Shown here: positions 13,193 through 24,713 of the stretch, one piece after another | Position numbering within the stretch: the stretch's first letter is position 1 | How the letters are laid out: each line of letters opens with the position of its first letter | Source of the DNA: Octopus vulgaris | Lineage: Eukaryota | DNA: 64,000 nt | Assembly (NCBI GenBank): GCA_951406725.2 | Contig: OX597818.1 | Coordinates: forward strand, 98,146,001 to 98,210,000 | Direction: 5' to 3' | The notes under the pieces: generated by a model | Told to the model about the DNA's origin: nothing | The model's database searches: none | The model's input: only the letters and a program-made list of their open reading frames with translations | Position numbers and translations under genes: made by a program

Positions 13193-13661
13193 GGCGGTGA
13201 GCTGGCAGAATCGTTAACACGCCGGGCGAAATGCTTAGCGGTATTTCGTCTGCCGCTACGTTCTGAGTTCAAATTCCGCCGAGGTCGACTTTGCCTTTCA
13301 TCCGTTCGGGGTCGATTAAATAAGTACCAGTTACGCACTGGGGTCGATATAGTCGACTTAATCCGTGTGTCTGTCCTTGTTTGTCCTCTCTGTGTTTAGC
13401 CCTTGTGGGTAGTAAAGAAATAGGTATTTCGTCTGCCGTTACGTTATTGTGTGCAATAAAGAAATAAGAATTGCTAAGTACGCAGGACAAACTGCTTAGC
13501 GGTATTTCTCCGTCTTTACGATCTAAGTTCAAATTCCGTCGACTTTGCCTATCATCGTTTCGAAGTCGATAAAAGTAATACCAGTTGAGCACTGGGGTTG
13601 ATGTAATCAACTTCCTTCTTCCCCCCGAAGTTGGTTGCTTTATGCCAAAATCTGAAACCAA
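13193..13661 (+). mobile_element. SINE family C multimer with 18-bp TSD
   Basis: Head GGCGGTGAGCTGGCAGAATCGTTAACACGCCGGGCG, B-box GAGTTCAAATT, central GCCTTTCATCC.TTCGGGGTCGATTAAATAAGTACC; TSD AATTAGAAGCCAT(G/T)CCAG at 13175-13192 and 13662-13679. Confidence 0.85.
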
Positions 13662-13932
13662 AATTAGAAGCCATTCCAGCCTGACTAAAGACAGATGCTA
13701 CATCATTTTTAGAAATCTATTCTAAGAATAATTGAATCATGAACTGCAAATCGGTAAACAAAATGCTGGTTCTTGCGTCTTGGCCTTCAATGCGCCAACA
13801 GCTCAACAATCGAGCCAAAGTGGGTTTCCTCGAAAAAACACTATGTGTTTGTCATGGAATTTGCATGAGGTTAATACAAAGATAAGTTCCAGGTGTCTTC
13901 CGTTAGGTATGCTTTTTTTATTACTCTTACTC

Positions 13933-14257
13933 TTTACTCTTTTACTTGTTTTAGTCGTGTGACTGTGGCAATGCTGGAGCACCGCCTTTAGTCGAGCACA
14001 TCGACCCCAGGACTTATTCTTTGTAAGCCTAGTACTTATTCGATCGGTCTCAAACAAATCAATGTTGGGGGGGGGGGACAAACACGAACACACACACATA
14101 TATATACATATATACGACGGACTTCTCTCAGTTTCCGTCTACTATATCCACTCACAAGGCTATAGTAGTAGACACTTGCCCAAGGTGCCACGCAGTAGGA
14201 CTGAACCCGGAACCATGTGCTTCGTAAGCAAGCTACTTACCACACAACCACTCCTAC
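13933..14257 (-). mobile_element. SINE family A, internally deleted
   Basis: Reverse complement of family A head and tail. Confidence 0.75.
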
Positions 14258-14929
14258 GCTTTTGTTTTGTGACATTGTTTTGTCACAAATGCTTCGATAC
14301 TCAGAATAAAAACTGCTAGAACAAGCATGGCAAAGACCTTTATCTTGCTCTAACAATTTTGCAAATCTGCAGTCCTAGACAGGTATTATATGTTATGAAA
14401 ATCAAAGAGAAGAGAGAAGAACGACTAAGTTAACTTCGGTATGATTCGATCTCAGTTCGTAAAGATCCAAAGAAAATGCTGCAGAGTATTTTGTCCAACT
14501 TATTATCAAATCCTCCACCATAATCTAATTACATTATGAGTAACTTGAGACCTCAGTTGGAATTGAACTCAGAACGTAAAGAGCAAGAACAAATACTACA
14601 AAGCATTTGTCCAACGGTCATGCACTCTACCTATTTCTACCAAGCTGGCAAAGATGGAATGGTGTTGATATATGGTCCTCTTTCTGCCACAATAAGACCA
14701 CTGAAATTTAATATTTTCATTACTGTTAATGCTTAGTCTATGTCAGTTAGGATCCTGCAAAACTACGAGCAAAAACATTCTGTCCTTGATCATGCTATTT
14801 TTTATGCGTTTTAAGGACATTATCCAATGTGTCCTTACACACTTTCACCCCTTAGCATTCAGATTACTTTATAATACTTATTTATTTACATTGTTTTGAA
14901 TCTATGCTGCATTACTTTGTAGCTTTGTG

Positions 14930-15293
14930 TGACACCTTGGGCAAGTGTCTCCTACTATAGCCCCAGGCCGACCAAAGCCTTGTGAATGGATTTGATAGAC
15001 GGAAACTGAAAGAAGTCCGTCGTATATATGTACATATATATACCTATATGTGTGTGTCTTTGAGTTTCTGTTTGTTCCCCCACCACTCCACCACAGCTTG
15101 ACAATGGGTACCGGTGTGTTTACGTCCACGGAACTTAGCAGTTCGGCAAAAGAAACACATAGAATAAGTACCAGGCTTATAAAGAAGTAAGTACTGGGGG
15201 TCAATGCATTCGACTAAGAATTCTTCAAGGCGGTGTTCCAACTTGACCGCAGATAAATGACTGAAACAAATAAAAGAATAAAAGAATAAAAGA
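14930..15293 (+). mobile_element. SINE family A, 5'-truncated
   Basis: Starts at the CORE-like block and ends in (TAAAAGAA)n. Confidence 0.8.
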
Positions 15294-15308
15294 ACATATA
15301 TATGTATG

Positions 15309-15364
<56 letters not shown>

Positions 15365-16347
15365 TGTACGTATGTATACATAAATGTGACGTGCTTTCAG
15401 CTTCCGTCTTTTCCTGAGGATATCCGTTTGGAATGTGTAGGCCGAACTTATGGGAGAGGGGCATGTAAAAGCCTCTAAACTTGTTGTCGTATCCAACTGG
15501 CTGACAGGTGCCGACTGGATTTCACGAAAGGGCAAAAGCGGAAAGGCGTAGCTCATAACTACCCACTCTCTCTGTCTCCCTCTCTGTCCTTCTATCTCTG
15601 TCTCTTCATCTCTGTCTACCCCTCTTACTCTTTTCTCTCCCCTTCTTTCTTACTCTCACTCTGTGTCTAAGCCTTCGAAACTGTTGTGAAGTAAGAAGGA
15701 TATTATTCTCAAAATTGGAGATCTGAGGCCTGATCTGGAAGTTTGTAGCAGAGAGTAACTCCTCTAAAGGAACCGAGGGACCAAGAGGTAGTATTAAACC
15801 GAGTGAAGGACCAGGAACGTTACCACTGATGAACTTCCACGCCGCTTCTTCCGACCAAATTTCACAGTCAAAGTGGTTGAATGACCCTAGACTATGGTAG
15901 GCAGCACTTACACAAAACGCCACCTTGTGGAAGTCGAACCAGCAACAACGTGGTTGCTGGCGAGATTTCTTAACTAAATAAGTGGTTATGGTAGTGATGG
16001 ATCTCTGTGGCTGAGAATTCCATGGTCATGTGTACCTTTAACGACATTTTCAGACAGAATCAGCGAAACACAGTGTGTCAACCCAAGGGAATAGAAAATG
16101 ACGTTTGACCAAGGTGCCACGCTGTAGGATCGAACACAAGTTCTTTAGAACTATACTATTGCTGCTTCCTGGAGCAAGCTGCATTGATAATACTAGTGAC
16201 CGCCTAGGTTAATTTTGGCCCATGCTGCAGCATATATTCTTTTTACGTTATCCATGCTTGCTTTTGCCACGTCACACCGAAGTGGTTTACGGTGTCGATA
16301 TGGATATATTTGGGACCAATGCGGATCTTCGTGGTTTTTGTCAGTGT

Positions 16348-16675
16348 TACTCTTTTACTTGTTTCAGTCATTTGATTGCGGCCATGCTGGAGCACCGCCT
16401 TAAGTCGGGCAAATCGACCCCACCAGGACTTATTCTTTGTAAGCCTAGTATTTATTCTATCAGTCTCTTTTGCCGAACCGCTAAGTTACGGGGATGTGTT
16501 TGTCCCCCCAACATCACGTGACAACCGATGGTGGTTTGTTTACATCCCCGTAACTTAGCGGTTCGGCAAAAGAGACTGATAGAATAAATACATATATACG
16601 ACAGGCTTCTTTTAGTTTCCGTCTACCAAATCCTCTCACAAGGCTTTGGTCGAGCCGAGGCTATAGTAGAAGACA
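16348..16675 (-). mobile_element. SINE family A with internal inversion-duplication
   Basis: Minus-strand family A copy containing a perfect 50-bp inverted repeat, 16448-16497 / 16542-16591. Confidence 0.8.
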
Positions 16676-17391
16676 AAAGCGTTACAGGTGTTCAAAGTTT
16701 GATTATTTTCAGAATTTTCAGTCAATCAGAAAACAGCGTGTTCGCTGCCTCCTCCATCATCGGGGTAGGGGTGTGGGGATCAGCATGTCAAAACATTAAA
16801 CTAGCTACTGTAAACAGGGAAAAACATGAAAATATTCGCGAGCAAATTAAATATTTAAAAGCTACGAACAAACCAACGGGAGTTGCTAGAAATAACAGTC
16901 AAGACATTGTTTAAAAAAATTGAAGAACGGAAGTTTGCAATACACTCTAGGTATCTCCTCCTCCTCATAAATTCACAAAGAGTCAGCCATGGAACGGTGT
17001 GTCCCACACTGGCATTTGCTGTTTCTTGTGCGCATACGCAGCATCTTTGGTTAGTATGGAAACAGAGTTCTTCGCCACGGTGATGTGTAAAATACTTGCT
17101 TCGGACTGGTTAATATACTCAAATTTTGCAAATTTTAAAGGCTAATAGCGTTTTAATTATGGACTTATAGGAAAAATGAATTCCATTTTCATAAGTAGTA
17201 TACAATGCTTAATCCATATACCAAATTTGAAAACAATTGAAACAAAATTGTAAGCAGTGACGAAAACCACAAAGATCCACCAATGCAAATAACTATACAC
17301 CTCATCAGCAACTGTCTTTGCCTTTTGTTACAATATTATCAGTGCTGGATTAACCCATTAAACAAAATAAGCACGTGCTTAGAATATTGAA

Positions 17392-17722
17392 GGTGCATGG
17401 CTCAATGGTTAGAACGTCGAGCTTACGATCGTGAGGTTGTGAGTTCGAATCCCGGACCGGGCTGCGTGTTGTGTTCTTGAGCAAGACACTTTATTGCACG
17501 TTGCTCCAGTTAACTCAGCTGTAGAAATGAGATGCGACGTTACATGTGCCAAGCTGTATCGGCCTTTGCCTTTCCCTTGGATAACACTGGTGGCGTGGAG
17601 AGGGGAGGCTGGTATACATGGGCGACTGCTGGTCTTTTATAAACAACCTTGCTCGCACTTGTGCCTGGGAGGGTAATTTTCTGGGTGCAATCCCATGGTC
17701 AGTCATGACCGAAGGGGGCCTC
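17392..17722 (+). mobile_element. tRNA-derived CORE SINE (family B2)
   Basis: TGGCTCAATGG A box, GAGTTCGAATCCC B box, GTGTTCTTGAGCAAGACACTTTA CORE-like block; inverse copy at 62077-62399. Confidence 0.85.
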
Positions 17723-17946
17723 AGCTTAAGGCATCAGAGGATGGGGGTACTACAGAAATGAAAATGGTTTACGGCACGAAGGAAATCGCTTGCTAAAATA
17801 TTCATAATGCCTTATCTCTACTAAGTGTAGAAGCAAAAGTTTTATGTAAAATTAATTTTAACGATATTATCGAACAGTTTGCAATTTTAAAAAAGACGAA
17901 GGAAAATCCTTTTCAAATATAAATAAAGTGAAGCATACAAAAGTAA

Positions 17947-18170
17947 GTGGAGGCGCAGGGTATCAGCATCATGATCGTAAGATTGTGCTTTCGATTCCTG
18001 AACGGGGCGACGCGTTGTGTTCTTGAGCAAAACACTTCATTTCACGTTGCTCCAGTCCACTCAGCTGGCAAAAGTGCGTAACACTACGATGGACTGGCTG
18101 GGGAGCACATACGCCATAGAAACTGGGAAACCGGGTCCATGAGCCTGGCTAGGCTTTAAAAAGGCGCATT
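17947..18170 (+). mobile_element. tRNA-derived CORE SINE (family B1)
   Basis: Reverse complement of 39885-40112. Confidence 0.8.
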
Positions 18171-19189
18171 TATTTTTTTATACAAATGTAAACATTGTTT
18201 TCCATATTACTGTCAATTTTCTTTCATTTTGAAAAAAAAAAAAAATTTACTTATACTTGAAGGCACCAAAGCCTTTCGCGTGCTTAGGGCCTCTATGGGT
18301 CTTAATCCGACCCTGAATATTATAATCCCTGCTGTTGTTGCTGTGTCGTAATGGCGATTCTATCAGCTTGACTAAGATCAAAGTTCAGTTTTCAACCATG
18401 TGTTCTTTTTTTTTTTTTAAATCTTTTGTCGTTGTTGTCCAGTCGATAATTAAGTAAAGAAGTGAAAACAAAAAAGAAAAATAGAAACAAAATTAAGCAA
18501 CACGTGGTTATGTGATACGTTTGGTTGAAAAATAAAAAAATAATAAATACATCACACACACACACGATAAATAAAAACAAAACAAAATGCAAAGAAAAAA
18601 ATGCTTGTCCAGCGGAGTTAGGGTAGGGTAGTTATAAAGGTCAATGCTAATGTATAGGCCACAAAGGAAGGAGACACGTAAGCCGCGTGACTATCCTACA
18701 AGAGATTACTCAGTAAAACATACTCGAGAGACGGGGTGGGTGGACCGAGGTGCTTTTGACCTGGCTCGCAGAGGTCAAATGCTGGGGAGAGTTAGCGGAA
18801 TGGCTTTTCTTTTAAAAGTGTATTTGTGTTTATTTAATGGTTTAATTATTTATATACTTTGCGTAACATCTGCACATCAAGAGGATGTAGTTTTGAATGT
18901 TTGAGAAACAAAAGCTTCAAGAGTTTAGCGTTATATTTTAATTACGTATATTTTATAATGGAGTGATTTTTCTTTTTTTTTATTCTTTCTTTTTTGTTTT
19001 TGTTTTTTTTAAGTGTGTGAGGTGCTGCTAATGTGCTTTCTCTTCTGTATGTGGGTATATGCATGTATGTACTTGTTTGTATAATTAGATAAGTGTAGAA
19101 ATGTTTCGGTTTATGGTGTTCGTGTGTGTGTGTGTGTGTATGTGTGTGTATTACTCACCTCCACTAAACCCGTTATTGAAGACACCGCT

Positions 19190-19402
19190 CCCACCGTTAA
19201 TACTAGCAGTACTAACATTTCTGTCACCAGCACCACCAGTACCACCACCAACATCACCACCAGCACCAGCACCAGCACCAGCACCAGCACCATCTATGAC
19301 AACAACAACAAAAACTTTATCGCCACCGGTACTCCCACCACTATCACCAATATCACCACCACCACTACCATCACCACTACCACCACCACTACCACCACCA
19401 TC
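19190..19402. repeat. (ACC)n/(ACCAGC)n low-complexity tract
   Basis: Direct reading. Confidence 0.85.
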
Positions 19403-19936
19403 ATAAATCCTCAAATAATGCTGTCGTTCTAGCCACTGAAGGAGCCTGTACGTGTTGCTAGATGTAGTGGAAATAGCAACCAAAACTCACTCAAATGAAA
19501 TCCTACCATCTTTGAAAAGATCACATTGAATATAGTATCATCGTGGGTTCCCTGCGTTATATCACGCGATGGTCACGTTTGGAATCCTTTTGATCATAAG
19601 CTAGTGCGATAACATTTGACCTGGGTAAACACCAACATCGACATTATAAATTTCTTATCATGAAAGCTTCTACGTGCTCATCCAACCTGCTAGATATAGT
19701 AGCCATGCCTTCATGCACCACACCCACCACATTAGAACATGGAAAACATACATAAGAGTGGAGTCCTAGACACCCTTAAAAAATAGGATGCTCATGGGTG
19801 GAATGGTTTTGATCATAAGGTCTACTACAGCACTACCAAATGTTATCAATACTATTAGTACTAGCAGCGATAACGTAACCACTCAGGTCAGCACAGTATC
19901 AACCACCATCATCATCACCATCAAAATAAAGCATAG

Positions 19937-20690
19937 GACGTAGGTGTGGCTGTGTGGTAAGAAGTTTGTTTCCCAACCACATGGTTCTGGGGTCAGTCCC
20001 ACTACTTGGCACCTTGGGCAATACTATAGCCTCGGGTCGACCAAAGCCTTGTGAGTGGATTTGGTATAGCTCGTTGGGTGTCTTCTACTATAACCTCAGG
20101 CTGACCGAAGCTTTGTGAGTGGATCTGGTAGGGGGAAACTGAAAGAAGCCCATCGTATGTGTGTGAGTGAGAGTGAATGTGCGTGTGTGAGTGTGTGAGA
20201 GAGTTTGTGTGTTTGTGTATTTCGGCCTGTGTTTGTACCCTATCATCGCTTGACAACTTAGCAGTCGGACATAAGTAACTAAGTGGCTGTGTGGTAAGTA
20301 GCTTGCTTACCAACCACATACTTCCGGGTTCAGTCCCACTGCGTTGTTCCTTGGGCAAGTCTCTTCTACTATAGCTTCGGGCCGACCAAAGCCTTGTGAG
20401 TGGATTTGGTAGACGGAAACTGAAAGAAGATCGTCGTATATATGCATATGTATATATATGTGTGTGTGTTTGTGTGTCTCGGTTTGTCCCCTCCCCCACC
20501 AACATCGCTTGACAACCGATGGTGGTTTGTTTACGTCCCCGTAACTTAGCAGTTCGGCAAAAGAGACCGATAGAATATGTATAAGGCTTACAAAGAATAA
20601 GTCCTGGGGTCGATTTCCTGGACTAAAGGCGGTGCTCCAGCATGGCTGCAGTCAAATGATTGAAACAAGTAAAAGAGTAAAAGAGTAAAT
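19937..20690 (+). mobile_element. Cluster of three tandem or partial SINE family A copies, the last full length (20282-20690)
   Basis: Repeated GTGGCTGTGTGGTAAG heads and CTACTATA(G/A)C(C/T)TC blocks. Confidence 0.8.
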
Positions 20691-21085
20691 GAATAAGTAT
20701 CAGGTTTTACGAAAAAAAAAATTGTGGGGTCAATTCATTCAATTAAAAATTCTTCAAGTGGTGCCCCAGCATGGCCGCAGTCTAATCACTGAAAATACTA
20801 AAACATGAATGATAAAACACAATACTAGGACAACAACCAACACGCTGTTATTACTAACACCTGCACAATTAAATTACAGACAGCAGAAAATAACCAGCGC
20901 TGACACCATCAAACGGTTAATAACAAATGTGTCATCATTTCAGCCAACACAAGCATATTCAAACCCGTCAACAATACTACTAATGCCACCGCTGTTGTGA
21001 TTGTCGCCGCCACCATTTCTCTCTCACAAGACCTCTACAACACTCAAATCACATTTAAGATGTGTGTGTATGTGTGTTGTATTCT

Positions 21086-21313
21086 ATATGCAATATATAA
21101 TAGAGCAGTATTATATCGTTTGTACAATTCCCTTGTGTTGACCAAACGTGGGTGTTTATGTGTGATCTAAGAGAGATTGCATATCGTTCTGATGAGAGTA
21201 AAGAAATCAAAATGATATGCAGCTTCACTTAGATTACATTTAAACACCCACGTCTGAACAACACAAGGGAACAGTACAAACGATATAATACTGTTCTGTT
21301 ATATATTACATAT
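21086..21313. repeat. Long imperfect palindrome (~107-bp arms, ~13-nt loop)
   Basis: Left arm ATATGCAATATATAATAGAGCAGTATTATATCGTTTGTAC...GCATATCGTTCTGAT is the reverse complement of ATCAAAATGATATGC...GTACAAACGATATAATACTGTTCTGTTATATATTACATAT, with ~16 mismatches. Confidence 0.9.
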
Positions 21314-21324
21314 AACACACACAC

Positions 21325-21397
<73 letters not shown>

Positions 21398-21668
21398 CAT
21401 ACACATATATATTATATTACGGTATGGTACAGCACCCACGTAATGTAAAGGGTATATAAATAATGAGAAAAAGAAAAAAAACATGGACACGAACTTCATA
21501 AACTATTACTCAGAGTTTCACGAAACTGATCATCCGTGAAATCATTTCAGCTGTAACACACACAAGCGCACGTACACACATAAATACATACACACACACA
21601 CACTCTATCTCACACACGCACTTGTATATATATATATATATGTGTATGTATATATATTTATATCAATA

Positions 21669-22136
<468 letters not shown>

Positions 22137-22158
22137 CTAGTCGAACAAATCGACCCCA

Positions 22159-22403
22159 GGACTCAGCTGTATTGGCCTGCTCGCCAAACAAGCGAGGGTG
22201 CATCATTCGAAAGCAAAAACGATGCAAAGTGTATTGTGACCAGCGATACACAACAACATTCGACAATCTGGTCGATCACGCGCTATATATAAACATTGTG
22301 GAATGTTGTTGTGTATCGCTGGTCACAATACACTTTGCATCGTTTTTGCTTTCGAATGATGCACCCTCGCTTGTTTGGTGAGCAGGCCAATACAGCTGAG
22401 TCC
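22159..22403. repeat. Near-perfect fold-back (109-bp arms, 27-nt spacer) of an RTE-tailed SINE (family D)
   Basis: 22159-22267 is the reverse complement of 22295-22403 with 2 mismatches; the minus-strand SINE continues to ~22525. Confidence 0.9.
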
Positions 22404-23045
22404 ACTGGAGTAATGGGAAACGAAATTTCTGGCACAAGGACACAGGAAGCAACTGTTCTGGGAATCGAAACCACGATCACCCGTTCATGTGTGTAACATG
22501 CCTAACTACTTAGTCACGCATCTTCACCCGCACACATATGTATATATATGTATGTATGTCAGGTCACTTTCGAGTGCTACAGGTAACATGTAACCCAGTA
22601 CAACCTGTTGCATGGACACCCTGCGGGATGAAAAACAAAACCCGTCAAAAGGCAGAGGAACTCTTGAGAGTCAACGGCTATCCAATAAATGTCTTAAGGC
22701 TGTATCATGCGCAGGGACATAGAAATAATCGGACAGAATACCCGATTGCGCGGTTAAACCATTGGGAGTGAAGGACTCCCAGCCTTTGTTAGGGCATCCT
22801 TCAAGGAGAAGGTAACTCAGGTAATTGGGATAACTCCGACATAAAACCTGCGGCTCAGTGGTTACCGATGATGTTGACTTGTTCTCCTTTTCGTATTATG
22901 GCTGCTGTTGCTTAGTGAGTGGGATTGACTCAGTGCACAGCCTTTCCTCACTTTATAAAAAATCATCTTGCACAAGCATTGCACGTTAACAACATTGATT
23001 AAGCTTCGTGCAATGGCCATACTCGATAACGAGGGGGCAGCCACC

Positions 23046-23079
<34 letters not shown>

Positions 23080-23080
<1 letters not shown>

Positions 23081-23285
23081 ATGTGACCACGTGTGTACCG
23101 CTGGCGATTTATTTCCACCATCTTCCCTTCCTTGGATCTTTCCTTTTCCTATGTTTCTGACGAAGAGCTTCGCTCGAAACGTTAAATCCTCCTTCTTTCT
23201 TTCCTTTCTTGAGCGTCCAATAGCACTATACTTGTTCCACGTCCTCGCGTTGTTGTGTTTTCTTTTTGTGTTTTCATGTTTGGAT

Positions 23286-23290
<5 letters not shown>
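23080..23290 (+). mobile_element. Non-coding Penelope-like/retrozyme element (family H1)
   Basis: ~210 bp between (TA)n tracts; second copy at 1021-1229; contains a minimal hammerhead. Confidence 0.7.
23153..23187 (+). ncRNA. Minimal type-I hammerhead ribozyme motif
   Basis: GTTT CTGACGA A GAGC TTC GCTC GAAAC GTT AAAT: CUGANGA core, stem II GAGC/GCTC, GAAA, palindromic stem III ACGT, GUH triplet. Confidence 0.65.
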
Positions 23291-23348
<58 letters not shown>

Positions 23349-23566
23349 CTATTTATCTATATCTTTTAATTTCTTACTTGTTTTAGTCATTAGACTGAGG
23401 TCATGCTGGATCACCTCGATGAAGAAATTTTAGTCGAATGAATCGACCCCAGCACTTATTCCTTTTAAAGCCTAATAGTTATTCTATCCGTCTCTTATGT
23501 AAAACCACAAAATTACGAGGGCGGTGATGGGACACAAACATAGACACAAACACACACACATATGTA

Positions 23567-24625
23567 CAGGGGGTGGATGGACAAAAATAAGGGAAACACC
23601 TTAAAATTTCAAACAAATATATTTTAATATGGGTAGAACTGCTTTTGGCAGTAATTATAGCTTGAATTCTACGAGGTATAGGACTTGTTCAAAATTTGAA
23701 TTGTTTCCAAAGGAATTTTTTTCCATTCTTCAGCTAAATCAGTTCCCAGTTCTTGTGGCGATGATATATGGAGGATATCGACTCCTTACTTGTTTTTCTA
23801 AAGTGCACCATAAATGCTCAATAATATTGAAATCTGGGGACTATGGTGGCCAGATAATATGTTTAACTCCAGTAGAATGATCTGCATGCCATTCAGTAAC
23901 AACGTGATCTGTGTGAGTTGGTGCATTATCATCCTGAAAGATTGAGTTTGCCTCCGGAAACAGTTCCGCAAACATAGGATGAATTTGATCAGATAAAATG
24001 CTTAAATAGTCTTGACTATTAATTCTGCCATGAAGAGAATCCATTGGGTCGGCGGATTTCCAAGATATAGCCCCCACCACCAATCATCACAGTTCCTCCT
24101 CTATGTTTAACAGTTGGAAGAAGGTAGTCTGGGTCAAATGCTTCTTTTAACTGTCACCACATGTATACTCGGCCGGTGGTCAGAAATAAGGTAAAGAATC
24201 ATTCGTCCTTGAAAATGACATGCTTCCACTGCTCTAGAGACCATTCTGTAGGTTTTTACTGCACTCTAAACGCTTTGCAACGTTTGATTTTGAAAGTAGT
24301 GGTTTTCTGATTGCAGCCCTTCCGTGAAATCCGGTTTTGTGTAGCTTTTGGCAAACAGTTTTTGTGGAAACTGGCTTCTCGAAGTGGTCATTAAGCTCTA
24401 CAGTAATTTTGGGAGCTGTACTTTTGTAATCCTTTCTAACAATTCGCATAAGATTCCGACGGTCTCTATCTGAAAGTTTTGGTTTTCTTCCGGAGTTTTG
24501 TTTCGACAAGGAGGTTTTTACCTCTTTCTCAAAGGCTGTCATTACTTTCGAGACAGTACTTCTTGATACACCAAACATTTTGATGCTATGATGCTAGGTG
24601 TTTCTACTATTTTGTTCAACCCCTG
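23567..24625 (-). mobile_element. Tc1-like DNA transposon with frameshifted transposase, both TIRs and TA TSD
   Basis: TA|CAGGGGGTGG...AAAATAAGGGAAACACCT and AGGTGTTTCTACTATTTTGTTCAACCCCTG|TA; ORFs MFGVSRSTVSKV...SGRKPKLSDRDRR...RKPLLS and WKSA...FQDDNAPTHT...WPP. Confidence 0.92.
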
Positions 24626-24655
24626 TATATATACATACACAGACACAGATGCTCG

Positions 24656-24687
<32 letters not shown>

Positions 24688-24713
24688 TTCTTATATATAT
24701 ATATATATATATA

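Larger units (their letters stand above)
17340..18315 (+). mobile_element. Non-autonomous hAT DNA transposon with 8-bp TSD, containing two SINE insertions
   Basis: TIR CAGTGCTGGATTAA / TTAATCCGACCCTG; TSD AATATTAT at 17332-17339 and 18316-18323; residual C-terminal peptide LSLLSVEAKVLCKINFNDIIEQFAILKK (~17812-17895), typical of hAT transposase ends. Confidence 0.8.

Noticed and set aside
17392-17465. tRNA gene at SINE heads (also 5495, 40110, 62399)
   Set aside because: A/B boxes are present but no closed acceptor stem; sequence runs directly into the SINE body
21189-21206. CTGATGA...GAAA at the apex of the long hairpin as a hammerhead
   Set aside because: No stem II pairing (GAGTAAA) and no stem III or NUH triplet
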